Below are positions 18,701-30,000 of a stretch of 64,000 nucleotides of DNA, piece by piece (position 1 is the stretch's first letter; the number at the start of each line of letters is the position of its first letter). This DNA comes from an uncultured Clostridia bacterium. GTDB taxonomy: Bacteria > Bacillota > Clostridia > TANB77 > CAG-508. The translations under genes and the position numbers were made by a program. Under the pieces are notes generated by a model that worked only from the letters and a program-made list of their open reading frames with translations, ran no database searches and was not told the DNA's origin. The stretch covers positions 2,809 through 66,808 of the forward strand of contig CAKPGD010000001.1 of assembly GCA_934154515.1 (NCBI GenBank). The letters are read 5' to 3'.

Positions 18701-21061
18701 ATTATATATTTGAAAGTCTCCTCTTATCCATCTGTGTTGTCTTGTTTTATAGCTATTATAGCTTGAAGGATAACCATCCATTAATAGTATGTCTGTGGCA
18801 AGTCCACATCTCAAATAACTTCCTTCTAATAGGTCATGGCTTAGTACTGTGTTTTCTGGTATTTCATCTTTTAATACTTTTGAAAATACTTCTAAGTCAT
18901 AAATTCCTTTTCCAGTAAATATTCCTTCTTCGAAATTGTCTTGGTATATATCTGATATTGCATTCGTGTATGGATCTGTTCCTCCATTTCCTGCAAATAT
19001 TTTTGTAAATAGATTTTTTCTACTGCTTTCTATATTTATTCCTACTCTTGGTTGAATAAGTGCGTGCCCACTTATTACTACGTCTTCTTTTTTGCTTAAC
19101 TCTGGTTTGTTTAATATATGTGCCATCGCTCCTACTAGCTCTAGCCCTGTATTTAGAACTAATTCTGTATCACTATCTAGTGTTATTATATATTTTATTT
19201 TTTGTAATTCTTTTATATTGTTTTCTTTTTTCCATGTTTCTATCGTATTTTCTCTAAATATATTTTTTTCTTTTCCTAGTAAATAGTTGTTAAATTGATT
19301 TAATAAACCTCTTTTTCTTTCCCAACCTAAATAGCATTCTTCTTGTCCATTCCAAAATCTTTTACGATATATGAAGTTAAATTTTGGTAGGATTTTTTCT
19401 TGTTCTTCTTTATTATCGTATTTTTGATTTAATTCTTCTACTTCTTTTATTCCTTCTTCTATTACTTCTTCATCAAATTTTTCTTCTTTATTATTTCCTC
19501 CTGAACAGTCTCCTAATAGCGTAAAATATATATTTTCACTTTTATTTGCTAAATAATATACTTCTAGTTTTTTCATTAGTTCTTCTACTTTTTCTTTTGA
19601 TTTTAATATAGTTGGTATTACAACACAAGTAGCATATTCTTTAGGTATTCCATTATTTTTCATATCTAATTTTACTATCATTTTAGGTTTTACTATTTTT
19701 CCTAATATATATTGAACTATTTGTACAATTATTTCTTGTATTGGTATTAACGATAGTATAAAAAATACTACACTAAGTGTTATATTATTTATTGGTTTTG
19801 CTAATATTGCCCAGATTAGTGTATCTATAATTATTGTGCTTCCCCATATTCCATATATATAAATTTTTGATTTTGTTTGTGCTCTTATTTTTTTGCTTTC
19901 TTGCCCTGTTAATTCTTTTAAAAGTTCTTCTTTTCCATCATCTATTAAATAATACCCAACATGCTTACGTTTTTCTTTGTTTGTATTATTTTCTGATTCT
20001 AATTTGCTTTCTTTTTGTGCTAATTCTAATATTTTATTTGCAATATATATTTCAGATATTTTTGTTTTAGTAGATATTTCTTGGATTTTATTTCTATAAT
20101 ACTCTTTTGATTTATAATCCATTTTTTCATATATTTGTGCTGGATCTTTTTTTAATATTTCTTCTACTCCATTAATGCTTTGAAACACTTGCAAGAAATC
20201 CATTCTAAGTAACTCTTTTATACTTAAGATTGAATTTGCCATACTTACTTTTTTTACTGCTATGTCGAAATGTTCTTTTCTAATTACTTCTTCTGTTGTC
20301 GTTCCCATTTTGTTTACTTCTTCTTCAAGTATGTTTATATAGCTATATGCAGACTTTCCATATTTTTTTAGTCTATATGACATATACTCTATAAAAGGGT
20401 ATTTCATTTCTCCATACCCTTTTACTTTTTGTTTATAGTCTCCTAAATTTTTATATTTCAATTCTTGCTTGTTTTCTACTAGTCTTTCTATTATATTTTC
20501 TACTCTATATTTTTGCATTTGACTAAAATATATTTTTTCACAAATATCTCTTATATTTTGTATTAATGCTATTTGAATAAATAAGCCTATATTCCATATT
20601 TCGTCCATATTTAGACTCTTTTTTCTCTGATAACTATTAACTAATTCTCCTATTGTTTTTGAATCTATGGTGTTGTCTGTATAGGCTGTAATTTCTGTTG
20701 CTAGCACATATATTCTTGCAAATCCTTTATATACTCCATTTGATATTCCTAAAAATTTAACATATTTACTTAATGGCATTTGTTTTTCTACCATTTGAAT
20801 TGTTTCTTCTATTACATAAAAGTTGTCTAACAACCATTCTCCTGCTGGATGTATTGGAATTCCTAATTTTATGTGTTCATTTAGTAATTGATACACTTCT
20901 TCTATTGCTTCAAAATTTTCTTTCAGTTGTGGTATTGGATATGTTTCTTTGCTACTGTTTTGCTGTAATATATGATCTGATGCAATTTTTTCTAAATAGT
21001 TCTCTAATTGACCTTTTTCTAATACTGTTCCTTTTATATTTAATTTTTTATAATTTTTCAT
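12701..21061 (-). CDS. Giant membrane glycosyltransferase/glycoside phosphorylase fusion, cyclic beta-1,2-glucan synthase (Cgs/NdvB)-like (GT84 + GH94)
   Basis: The longest ORF is 2799 aa; the RBS-supported start is the internal Met at 21061 (AAGGGGTGG then 9 nt then ATG). About 6 TM helices flank a GT domain that carries a QxxRW-type motif (RQHRWIRGD). The C-terminal third matches the GH94 cellobiose-phosphorylase-like fold (GWLAYQ...RSGFYQSGGAFGYRDQLQD). Size and architecture match NdvB/Cgs (about 2800 aa). Confidence 0.75.
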   Translation of the reverse strand: MKNYKKLNIKGTVLEKGQLENYLEKIASDHILQQNSSKETYPIPQLKENFEAIEEVYQLLNEHIKLGIPIHPAGEWLLDNFYVIEETIQMVEKQMPLSKYVKFLGISNGVYKGFARIYVLATEITAYTDNTIDSKTIGELVNSYQRKKSLNMDEIWNIGLFIQIALIQNIRDICEKIYFSQMQKYRVENIIERLVENKQELKYKNLGDYKQKVKGYGEMKYPFIEYMSYRLKKYGKSAYSYINILEEEVNKMGTTTEEVIRKEHFDIAVKKVSMANSILSIKELLRMDFLQVFQSINGVEEILKKDPAQIYEKMDYKSKEYYRNKIQEISTKTKISEIYIANKILELAQKESKLESENNTNKEKRKHVGYYLIDDGKEELLKELTGQESKKIRAQTKSKIYIYGIWGSTIIIDTLIWAILAKPINNITLSVVFFILSLIPIQEIIVQIVQYILGKIVKPKMIVKLDMKNNGIPKEYATCVVIPTILKSKEKVEELMKKLEVYYLANKSENIYFTLLGDCSGGNNKEEKFDEEVIEEGIKEVEELNQKYDNKEEQEKILPKFNFIYRKRFWNGQEECYLGWERKRGLLNQFNNYLLGKEKNIFRENTIETWKKENNIKELQKIKYIITLDSDTELVLNTGLELVGAMAHILNKPELSKKEDVVISGHALIQPRVGINIESSRKNLFTKIFAGNGGTDPYTNAISDIYQDNFEEGIFTGKGIYDLEVFSKVLKDEIPENTVLSHDLLEGSYLRCGLATDILLMDGYPSSYNSYKTRQHRWIRGDFQIYNWTKENIINRKEIKKKNPLNILCRYKILDNLIREILPITSVLLIIIFAISRGLKIKYSSIYMAIAIISIIMPTIIDIINKIVFRKVGNKYQKRFESTINSFLASIIRGVIAIATLPDKAYTSLNAMIKSIYRMKISNKHLLEWITSEESEKLSKQDLKTYYKNMFSNVVLGILGIIYFLALKNVLILILAILWLITPAFMCYISKTKKEEKAIEKVVKEDKEYLLEIGRRTWKFFKENINEKNNFLPPDNYQEDRTEKIVSRTSSTNIGLGLLTVIASYDLGYENLEDTLLLLNKMLTTIEKLQKWNGHLYNWYNTKTLEPLIPRYISTVDSGNFIEYVYVLKEFYKEIIEKIGKNEKLLELIPNWVNKPINEISIANADFSKLYDKEKNIFSIGFNIEENKLTDSYYDLLASEARGASFVAIAKKDVPEKHWYNLNRTLTVLGEYKGLISWSGTAFEYLMPNIIMKKYKGSLLDESCKFMISNQMQYAKKLEIPWGFSETAFNVKDLNNNYQYKAIGIPWLGLKRGLEDDIVVASYASALALKEIPNKVIENFKELEKYKMYGKYGFYESLDFTPRNLSKGKKYEVVKTYMAHHQALILLSINNLFNDDILVKRFNENPEIEAVDILLQEKMPEDMIITKEEKKKPEKIKYMDYESNATRVFNKINEKRNIINAIANDKYLIVMDQKGNGFSRLDDVLINRYKPLSDEIQGIVFYLKNIRNNKIWTSNYMNYLPKPDKYEVSFSEDVSKIRRLDGSVETKLKVTVAPEEAVEIRNIELKNYGLEEETLEITTSLEPVLSKAIQDYAHPAFNNLFLTFEYLEDENILVVKRRKHTAEEKEMYMAVTLYTNNETIGELEYEIDKEKFYGRGNINLPIMVENSKPFSKSTNLVTDPIVAIKRTIKIEPEKTSNLSLIISASQERKTAIQNVKEYSNEEKIKKTFELSKARVEAEARYLEIKHKDIENYQKMLGYILYQNPLKKLYLNKLPEKDYSQENLWKYGISGDLPIVLLEMQEVNETYILEEILKAYEFYRSKNINIDLVILDKEENKYERYVKESIINGILNQNLSYMQNIRGGIFIIDDLESKELLEYRANLIIDSSKGPLERQLKDIEEEYEDTLKEIGYEVPKKIILEEEKTSSLLEAENLKYFNEYGGFSKDGKEYLIRVNKERRLPTVWSNVMANSNFGTLVTEAQGGFTWSKNSRLNRMSSWSNNQVIDNPSEVIYLKEETTSKTWSLGLNPMPDNNDYLVTYGFGYSKYSHTSMEIAQNLNIFVATENNVKINLLNLKNLSQNRKKVKLVYYIKPVLGEDEINSNGYINLEFVKNSNTILVKNEISNKNEYAYVSCSEEIESYTGSRKFFIGNGTFNNPEALRKVSLNNENSLGIDNVIAIQINVELEAFESKDISFIFGMEEDKITSLDNSYRFAKISNCIDELDKVKKYWSNLLGKLQVKTPVESFNILLNGWLAYQAIVCRLWGRSGFYQSGGAFGYRDQLQDTLGIKYLDAEFMKKQIIKHAAHQFIEGDVEHWWHEENRKGIRTRFSDDLLWLVYLTAEYINQTGDYTILDIQVPYVQGAILEEGVDERYDLYEESNIKESIYEHCIRAIEKSMNFGEHGLPKMGSGDWNDSMSTVGNKGKGESVWLGFFLYDVLNKLIPIMEAKKEKIEKEQQIIEQQERQQEKRQENQQEKQQENQQKNQQESQQESQQEIANKEEIITQEQKLNETIARYKQTTEKLKKALNTAGWDGRWYKRAYTDDGEELGSLQNEECRIDGISQSWATISKAGDNDKKFISMESLENHLIDRENGIIKLLDPPFEKSKLEPGYIKAYLPGTRENGGQYTHGAIWAIIAEAMLGFGDKAVDLFRMINPIEHSKTMESANKYKVEPYVISADIYGHKNLAGRGGWTWYTGSASWMLKAGIEYILGLKIENNTLKIQPCIDKTWKEYSIHYQYKDTIYNIKVKNPDEKNTGVEIFKVNGQEIEQKELKLIDDGKIYDIEVIM
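13580..13692 (-). repeat. In-frame 15-nt tandem repeat (about 7 units) encoding (QQE[N/S/K]Q)n inside the Cgs-like gene
   Basis: Direct repeats ttcttgttgaytttc on the plus strand. They translate as EQQERQQEKRQENQQEKQQENQQKNQQESQQESQQE. Confidence 0.8.
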
Positions 21062-21141
21062 AAAAATTTTTCCACCCCTTGGCATATGTTTTATACACAT
21101 ATTGTTTGCCAGTTGTGGAAAATTTATGCATTATTTTGTTT

Positions 21142-22194
21142 CTATTTATATTTTTCTTGTATATTTTTTATACTTTCGTAGCGGTTCTTTAGTATGTCTA
21201 AAAATACACTTGCTATTTGTGGATCAAATTGTGTTCCACTGCATCTTTCTATTTCATTTATAACATCTTCTAGTGGAAGTGCATTTCTATATGTTCTTTT
21301 TGATGTCATTGCATCAAAAGTATCTGCAACTGCTGCAATTCTTGCAACTAATGGTATTTCTTCACCTTTTAATTGACTTGGATATCCTCTTCCGTCAAAT
21401 CTTTCGTGGTGATGTAATACTATTGGAATTATATCTTTAAATGTTTCTGCATTTCCTAAGATATGTACTCCTATTGAAGGGTGATTTTTTATTTGTGAAT
21501 ATTCTTCATCATCTAGTTTTGATTCTTTTAATAGAATACTGTCCGGAATTCCTATTTTTCCTATGTCGTGGAATAATCCGCCTATTTTTAATATATGAAG
21601 AGTATTTTCGTCTAAGCCCATTTTTTCTCCAATTAATACAGAGAACTCTGATACCCTGTCTGAATGACCTCTTGTATATGGGTCTTTTGCTTCTACTGTA
21701 TATCTTAATATTTGTATTGTATCTAAATATGCTTTTTCTAATTCTTCTTTTTTGTTTCTAAGTTCTTCATTTATTTGGCTTATTATATGCATTTGGTCAA
21801 CAGATTTTAATCCAGATTCTATTAATAATAGTAATTGATCAAAATTATTGCTTTTTTCACAATATCCTTGTATTTCTAGTTCTTTTAATGTTTGTAATGG
21901 TGGAGCTAAATCTTTATGCCCTGTTAGTAGCAAAATATATAATTCTTTATTAAATTTTCTTATTTCTTCAACTACTTGGTCACCATGTATTGGGTCCATT
22001 ATAAAGTCTAGTAGTAATAAATCATAATGATTCTTTTTTAATTCTTCTATCGCTTCAAGTGGATTTGAAAAGCAGATTAAATCATATCCAGATCTTCTAA
22101 GAACTACTTTTAATGAGTCTAAGATACCTGAATCATCATCTACTGCCATTATTTTATATGCTGAAGTTATTTCTTCTTTCATATATTTTCTCAT
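21142..22194 (-). CDS. Response regulator with REC domain fused to HD-GYP c-di-GMP phosphodiesterase domain
   Basis: 350 aa. N-terminal receiver (MAVDDDSGIL...LLLDFIMDP). HD motif (GGLFHDIGKIG) and HHERFDGRGYP HD-GYP signature. Confidence 0.85.
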   Translation of the reverse strand: MRKYMKEEITSAYKIMAVDDDSGILDSLKVVLRRSGYDLICFSNPLEAIEELKKNHYDLLLLDFIMDPIHGDQVVEEIRKFNKELYILLLTGHKDLAPPLQTLKELEIQGYCEKSNNFDQLLLLIESGLKSVDQMHIISQINEELRNKKEELEKAYLDTIQILRYTVEAKDPYTRGHSDRVSEFSVLIGEKMGLDENTLHILKIGGLFHDIGKIGIPDSILLKESKLDDEEYSQIKNHPSIGVHILGNAETFKDIIPIVLHHHERFDGRGYPSQLKGEEIPLVARIAAVADTFDAMTSKRTYRNALPLEDVINEIERCSGTQFDPQIASVFLDILKNRYESIKNIQEKYK

Positions 22195-22219
22195 ATTATT
22201 TTCCTCCTATTGCTAGATT

Positions 22220-24025
22220 TTATTGTGGTAATACTATATTAAATGTTGTACCAACTCCTACTTTAGATTTAAAGTTTATGTCTCCATTGAAGTGTCCTTT
22301 TATTGTTGAGTATGACATAAATAATCCTAGTCCTGTTCCATTATGTCCTTTTGTTGTAATCATTTCATTAAACAATTTTTTCTGTATTTCTTCTGGTATT
22401 CCACTTCCGTGGTCTATTACAGATATTATTATATTATTTTTTTCTTTATCTATAACTAAATCTATAACTTGGTCTGGTTTTCCGCCATATGATTGTATTG
22501 CATTTGATATTAAGTTATTAACTACTTGTACTAAACTGTTGATGTTTCCTATTATTTTAGTATGATCTTCTACTTTTTTAACTACATTTAATTTTATAAA
22601 TGCATTTTTTAATTCATGTTTCATTAATATATTAACTCTATTTAGTAGCTCTTCTACTTCAAATATCATTGTAGCATCTTCTGTCATATTAACTGCTTGA
22701 CCTTTTACAGCAGTTATGATGTCTGACATATATGAATCATATGAGTTTACTTTATTTACCCATTCTAGCATATCTTTTGCTATTGCTTGGTGGTCTTCTT
22801 TTGTAACATCTGGGTCATTTATAGATTTTTGATATTCTGTTATTAAATCTGTAAGTCCTTCCATTGCACCAGAAATTGACATTATTGGTGTTTTTAAGTT
22901 GTGTGCTATTCCACCTATCATTTGTCCTAATGAAGCAAGTCTCTCACGTTCCATTAATATGTCTTGATTTTGTTTTAAAACCTCCATGTCAAGTATATGT
23001 TGTGTTGTATCTTTAAATAGTATTAGCGTTCCTACATATTTTCTTTCTTTATAAATTCCTGTTATTTCTATATTGAAATATTTATTTTGTTTCTTTAATA
23101 TAGCTTCTGCTATATGTAGTTTTTCGTCATGTTTTATTGTTTTAAAATATTCTCCTAGCTTTTTCTTTTTTACTGTAATGCTTTTGGAAATTTCTATTTC
23201 TTCAAATTGTTTTCCTATTAATTTCTTTCTATCTATTTTAAATATTTTTTCAAATGTTTTATTACAGTTTGTTATAATTTCATCTTTGCTTAATACAACA
23301 TATGCATCTGAAATCTGGTCAACTATTGTTTTTAATGCTATTGGAGCAACGTCTAAGAAATCATATCTAAATATTGCAATAGCAAAACATAAGAATGTTG
23401 TCATGAATGAGATTGGTGTTATATATATGTTCATATCAAATACTGTCATTCCTAATATATTTACTATTAGCGGTACTAATGCACCTATTGCCATTAGTAT
23501 AAATTGTTTAGAAACTCCTTTTGAATCCTTCATAGAATTTTTTAATAGAATTATAATATCTATTATGAATAATCCATATGTATATACAGAATGGACATAG
23601 AAATATGGTCCAAATACTGTAGTTTCAGGATTTACAGAATATACTTTATAAAACAAATTGTGAAATTTATTTGTCCATAATACCAGCATTGTTGTTACTG
23701 GTATTATAAACAATAATAATTGGCTTTTCTTGTATTTCTTGTCTTCTGATAAGTTATACGCTATGAAGAATAATATTACTGGCATAAATACAACAAATAT
23801 GTATATAAAGTATTCTGGGTATATAGGGCTAATTGTTGGCACATAATTTATGATTAAAATTTGAGCTATTAGACCTACACACCAAAACATCATAGAATAC
23901 AACAAATAGTTAAATGTTGTTTTTAATTTTGAGTTCGTTGTCTTTTTCTTATTTATGTAAAAAATTGTTATAGCCTCTATTATGATTGTTATTAGCAATC
24001 CAATAAAGAATTCAAAGTATTTCAT
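22220..24025 (-). CDS. Sensor histidine kinase with N-terminal 7TM sensor domain, PAS-like region, HisKA and HATPase_c
   Basis: 601 aa. About 7 N-terminal TM helices. H-box LASLGQMIGGIAHNLKTP. C-terminal N/G boxes (NLISNAIQ...DHGSGIP...GTGLGL). Preceded by a GGAGGA RBS. Confidence 0.85.
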   Translation of the reverse strand: MKYFEFFIGLLITIIIEAITIFYINKKKTTNSKLKTTFNYLLYSMMFWCVGLIAQILIINYVPTISPIYPEYFIYIFVVFMPVILFFIAYNLSEDKKYKKSQLLLFIIPVTTMLVLWTNKFHNLFYKVYSVNPETTVFGPYFYVHSVYTYGLFIIDIIILLKNSMKDSKGVSKQFILMAIGALVPLIVNILGMTVFDMNIYITPISFMTTFLCFAIAIFRYDFLDVAPIALKTIVDQISDAYVVLSKDEIITNCNKTFEKIFKIDRKKLIGKQFEEIEISKSITVKKKKLGEYFKTIKHDEKLHIAEAILKKQNKYFNIEITGIYKERKYVGTLILFKDTTQHILDMEVLKQNQDILMERERLASLGQMIGGIAHNLKTPIMSISGAMEGLTDLITEYQKSINDPDVTKEDHQAIAKDMLEWVNKVNSYDSYMSDIITAVKGQAVNMTEDATMIFEVEELLNRVNILMKHELKNAFIKLNVVKKVEDHTKIIGNINSLVQVVNNLISNAIQSYGGKPDQVIDLVIDKEKNNIIISVIDHGSGIPEEIQKKLFNEMITTKGHNGTGLGLFMSYSTIKGHFNGDINFKSKVGVGTTFNIVLPQ

Positions 24026-24047
24026 TTTATCCTCCTAGTTTCTTAAT

Positions 24048-27000
24048 TTATAAATTTTCTAGTACTTTTCTTATGTATTCTATATCAATTTCTGGCCAGT
24101 CAAATCCAGCTTCTTTAAAAAATTTAAGTGTATTTTTATTTGAAATTACTAAATTTGTTTTATATACGAAGTTATCATCTTTGTCTAAGTCATTTACCAA
24201 TACATTTACATTATTAGTTCTTGACTCGTCATATAGCCATTTTTTTAGTTTCTTTTTAAATACATAATCTTCTACTATTTTTATGTCTATTTTTAATTGT
24301 TTTAATATTTCATATAATTCTTTTATATAAATGTGTTTTGAATTATATAAGTGCATTATTGATATTGGGAAATTATAGTATTCCATACATACTATAATAG
24401 CTTCTGCTATTTTATCAACTGGACTAAATTCTGCGTAATTTTCCATTATTGATTTTGGAATCATTCCTAATGCTAAAAATGCTTTTAATCTATTTAAAAA
24501 TGCATTATCTTCACTATTTTCTTGGAATTTACCATCTGAATATCTATTAGTTATATTTCCTATTCTTAGTATTATTCCTTTTAGTCTTTTACTTGCTAAT
24601 TCTTCTAAAATTAATTTTTCTGCTTCAAATTTACTTCTAACATATACGTTTTCTAGTGTTTGATTTACAAATAGTTTATCTTCTCCATATTCAATTACTT
24701 CGTCTGGTCTGAAGCTATTTGCTAATCCTACCATTGTATTTCCAGATACACTTACTGTTGAAGTTTGTATGAATTCTTTATTGAATTTTTCACAAAATTC
24801 TATAATGTTTTTTACACCTGTTACATTTATTTTTTCGAATACATTGTAATCTCCATAGTGTTTTACTAATGCAGCACAGTTTATAACTTGTTCTACATTT
24901 TCTCCTAATTGATTATATTGCTCTTCTGAAAGTCCATAATTTTTGTAAGTAATATCTCCGTCTATTACAAATATTCTTGTTCCTAATAAATTACTTAAAT
25001 CACTTCCAAAGTAATATTTGAATTTATTTCTTAATTTGTTTTCTGGTGATGTACTTGGGTCTTTTCTAATTAAACAATATATTTTTATAGAATCTATTTT
25101 TAATAATTCTGCTAATACATGAATTCCTAAGAATCCTGTTGCACCTACTAAAAGCACATTTTGTATTTTTCTTGGTCTTACTCTTATTTTATTTTCTTCT
25201 GCATTTTTCTTTATAAAGTTATTTATTTTTTCAAAGTCTTTTTCTGTATATTGTGGGTATAAAGCTTCTTCTTTGTTTTCTTCTAAGAATTTTGCTAATT
25301 CTCTAATTGTGTTATTCTTAAATATGTCTCCATAGTTAATGTTATACCCTATCTTCATAATTTCTAGTTGTAGTTTTAATGCGCATAAAGAGTCTCCGCC
25401 TATATCAAAGAAATTATCATCTATACTTATTTTTTCTAGCGAAAGGATTTCTTCCCATATTTTTACTAATTTTCTCTCTAATTCTGTTTCTGGTGCAATT
25501 ATTTCTTTTTCCTTTATTATTGGTAAAGGTAGTTCTTTTCTATCTATTTTTCCGTTTGGTGTATATTTAAAGTCTTCTAATTGTACTAGGTATGATGGAA
25601 CCATATAATTTGGTAAACTCATAGATAGTCTATTTTTTAAATTAGATATAGATACTCTACCTGTTGCTACAAAATATCCACATAAGATATCTCTTCCATT
25701 TACATTTTTTACAGCTACTACACTTGATGAAACTCCTTTATATGCACATATAGCATTTTCTATTTCTCCAAGTTCGATTCTTAGTCCTCTTATTTTTACT
25801 TGGAAATCGTTTCTTCCTAAACAGTCTATTTCTCCATTTGGAAGTACTTTTACTAAGTCTCCTGAATTATATATTCTGGAATTATTATATTCTATATATC
25901 TTTCTGATGTAAGTTCTGGTTTGTTTATATATCCTATTGAAACTCCGTCTCCTCCTATGAATAATGTTCCTATTACACCTTGTGGAACTTGATTCATATC
26001 ATTATCTAATACATATATTTCTGTATTTGCTATCGGTGTTCCTATTGTTATTTTTTTATTTAATGAAGTTATTTCTTTTAATGTTGAGCCAACTGTTGTT
26101 TCTGTTGGTCCATACATATTAAATACTTGTGCATCTGTTATATTTCTAATCTTTTTGAATAAGTCAAGTGTAAATGGTTCTCCTGCAAGTGATATTATTT
26201 TCATTTTTTGGATATATTCTATTGCTGTGTTTTCTGACATTAGTAGCTTAAATTTTGAAGGTGTTGTTTGTATTACTTCAACATTATTTTTTAAGCATAA
26301 TTCATTTAAAAGTATTGGGTTGTTTTGCTCTTCATTATTTGCTAAAACAACTTTCATTCCTGTACATAATGGTAATAAGCTTTCTAATACAAATATATCA
26401 AAACACATTGTGGTGATATTTACTATTGTTTTATCTTTTAGTGGCATTCTATCACACATTCCATAAATGAAGTTTACTACGCTTGATTGTTTTAATATAA
26501 CTCCTTTTGGTCTTCCTGTTGAGCCTGATGTATATATCATATATGAAACATCTGAAGATTTTGTATCTGTATCAAATGGTTTATATTCATCATAAGAATT
26601 TTCATCATCTACACATAAAGAGTCTACTTCTATTCTATCTTCGTAATTTTTTTCTGTAAGAACTAGTCCTACTTCACTATCTTCTAGAATATATTTTACT
26701 CTATCAACAGGGTATTTTGGATCGATTGGTAAATATCCTGCCCCCGCTTTTAAAATTGCAAACATAGAAACTATAAGTTCTGCTCTTCTGTCCATCATAA
26801 TTCCTATTACTTTATATTTCTTTTTAGAAATATTATTTTTATATGCTGGCATATTTATAATATGGTTTGCTAGTTTATTTACTTTTGTTTCTAATTCTTT
26901 ATAAGTATATTTCTCGTCTCCAAATACAAGTGCTATTTTGTCTGGTGTTTCTAATACTTGTTTTTCAAATAAATCTATTATTCTAAGTTCTTTTGAATAT

Positions 27001-30000
27001 TCCAAAGTTGGATACATTTTTGGAATTTCTGTAAGTATTTTTATCTTAGAAATTTGTGTTTCTGGTTCTTCTATAATACTGTTTACTATATTTTTGTAGC
27101 AGTCTAAGAATGTGCTCATAAAGTTTTTACCAAATAATTTTGTACAGTATTCTAGTCTTATATTATATGATTCTTGTGTTGGTGTTATTTCAAGTGATAT
27201 GTCAAACTTAGATGTTTTGTTTTCTGGTATAACATATGTACTGCTTAACCCGTTTAGGTCTAATTTTGGTAGTCCTTCACTCTCATATATAAACATCGTA
27301 TCAAATACAGGATTTCTACTATTATCTCTTGCTATATTTAAGTTTTTAACTAGTTCATCAAATGGATATGTTTGATGTTCAAATGCATTCATACAATTAT
27401 TTTTTACTTGATTTAGAAAGTCTATTGCCGTGCTTGAAGATTGTATATTTTGTTTTAGTGCGATTGTATTAACAAACATTCCAACTATATCTGAAAGTTC
27501 TGCATTGTTTCTTCCTACTGTTGGTGTTCCTACTACTATTTCATTTTGCATTGTGTATTTATAAAGAAGAATATAATAGCTTGAAAGTAAGAACATATAT
27601 GGTGTAATTCCTTTACTTTTACAGAATTCATTTATTTTATCTACATTTTCTAGTTTTTCAAATATGCTTTCTCCTTCTTCTGATTTTATACTAGCTCTTT
27701 CAAATTCAGTTGGCATATTTAATAAAGGCACTCCATTTTCAAAAGTAGATAACCAATATTCTTTATCTTTTTCTTCTATTTTTTCTGATATTGCATAATC
27801 TATATAATCAATTTTATTTTCTTTTAGTTCTTTTTCGTTATATAAGTCACACAATTCTTTTGCAAATATTCCTATTGATGTTCCATCACAGATTATATGA
27901 TGCATATCCATTTGTAATAATGCTTTTCCGTCAAACTTATCTAACTCAATATGCATTAAAGGTGCTTTTCCTAAGTCAAATGGTTTTACAAAGTCTTCAT
28001 TTTTGCTGTTTGATACCTTTAATTTAAAGTCTATTTTTTCTACCACTTTTTGAACAACATCTGTATCTTTTAACTCAAAATATGTTCTAAAAGCTTCATG
28101 TCTGTTTATTATTGTTCCTATTGCATTTTCTAATTTTTTTACATCTGGTACTTTGTCGAAAAGTATTCCAAATGGTGTATTATATGCTAATGACTCTTCT
28201 TGCATACTTGCAGTATAGTATATTCTTCTTTGTGCTGAAGATACTGGATAATATTCTGCTTTTTCATGTTTTTTTATTTTTTCTGTTTTCTCTTCTGTTA
28301 CTTCTTTTGTATCAATAAATTCTGACAATTCCTTAATTGTTGGATATTCGAAAATGTCTTTTACTTCTATTTTTACTTTTAAATCATTATATATTTCTGA
28401 AACTAACATTATAGAGCATAGTGAGTCTCCACCTAAATCGAAGAAATTTGCTAATGTACTTATTTTGTTTAGTTTTAAAACTTTTTTCCAGATTTTTTCT
28501 ACTTTTTTCTCTGTGTCTGTTTCGCTTTTTATAAATTCTTTATCTTCTACTATTATTTCTGGCAAATTTTTGCTATCTACCTTTCCATTTGCAGTTATAG
28601 GTAGGTGGTCCATAAATACTATGTGAGATGGTACCATATAGTTTGGTAATTCTTTTGCAAGTGCTTTTTTTAATGTTTTTTCTGTTAATTCACTGTCTGT
28701 TGTCTCTATGTATGCACATATACTGTCTATATCATTTACTTTTTTTATTACTGTTATGGCATTTTTTATATCTTCTAATTTTATTATTTTTTCTGTTATT
28801 TCGTCTAATTCAATTCTTAGTCCATGTAATTTTATTTGATTATCTTTTCTTCCATAATAAACTAGTTCTCCGTTTTTATTTAGCTTTGCGATGTCTCCTG
28901 TTCTATATACCCCATTAAATCTTTGTTTATTTACATATCCTAAACCTACTCCATCTCCTGTTATTACAAGTTCCCCTGGTATATCTATTGGTAGTATATT
29001 TTCATCTTTGTTCATTATATACATTTTTACATTTAAGTATGGAGTTCCTATTGTTATATCATTTTCATCTATAACGTGTTTATTTGAAGCACATGCACAT
29101 GTCTCTGAAGGTCCATAGCCATTATGTATTTCTGCATTTGTTGCTTTTCTTAATTCTTTATATAGACTTGGCTTAAATACTTCTCCACCTAATTGAATTA
29201 CTTTTACATCTCTTAAACATTCATTTTCATTTAATAATAATGATATTTTTGATGGTGTAGATACTATGAAATCTATATTATTTTCTATTATTAATTTACT
29301 TGTAAATGCTGGTATTTTTTGTTCATCTTCATCTGCAAGTATTACTGTTTTTCCTGATAATATTGAAAGAAAATTTTCAACTACAAACATATCAAATGAA
29401 ACAGTACTTGTACTTAAATAGTTCTCACAAATATTAGTATGTAATATTTTTTTGAAGCTGTTTACTAAATTTATAACACTTAGTCTTCTTAATTCAACAC
29501 CTTTTGGCATACCTGTTGAACCAGAAGTATATAATACACAAAATCTATCTTCATTTGAGCTTTTTACTTTTGGTTGTTTATTACTATAATTTTCTAAGTT
29601 TGTTATATCAACTGTTTCGTAATTCATATATAAGTTTGTAATTACTATTGGACATTTTGCATTTGTTAACATATAGTTTACTCTATCTTCTGGAAGATTT
29701 GGGTCTATTAGCATATATGCTGCTCCCGTTTTTAATACTCCCCACATTGCTATATGTAAATCTAATGACCTATTTAGCATTATTCCTACTACATCATCTT
29801 TTTTTATTTGTTTGCTTAATAATATATTAGCAACTTGATTTGATTTTTCATCTAACTCGCCATATGTTAATGTTTTATCTTTAAATTTTGCACATATTTT
29901 ATTTTTATTTTTTCTTACTTGTTTTTCAAAAACTTCTACTATTGTTTGTTTTTTATTATATTTATATTCTGTTGCATTAAATTTATTTATTATAGATTTT

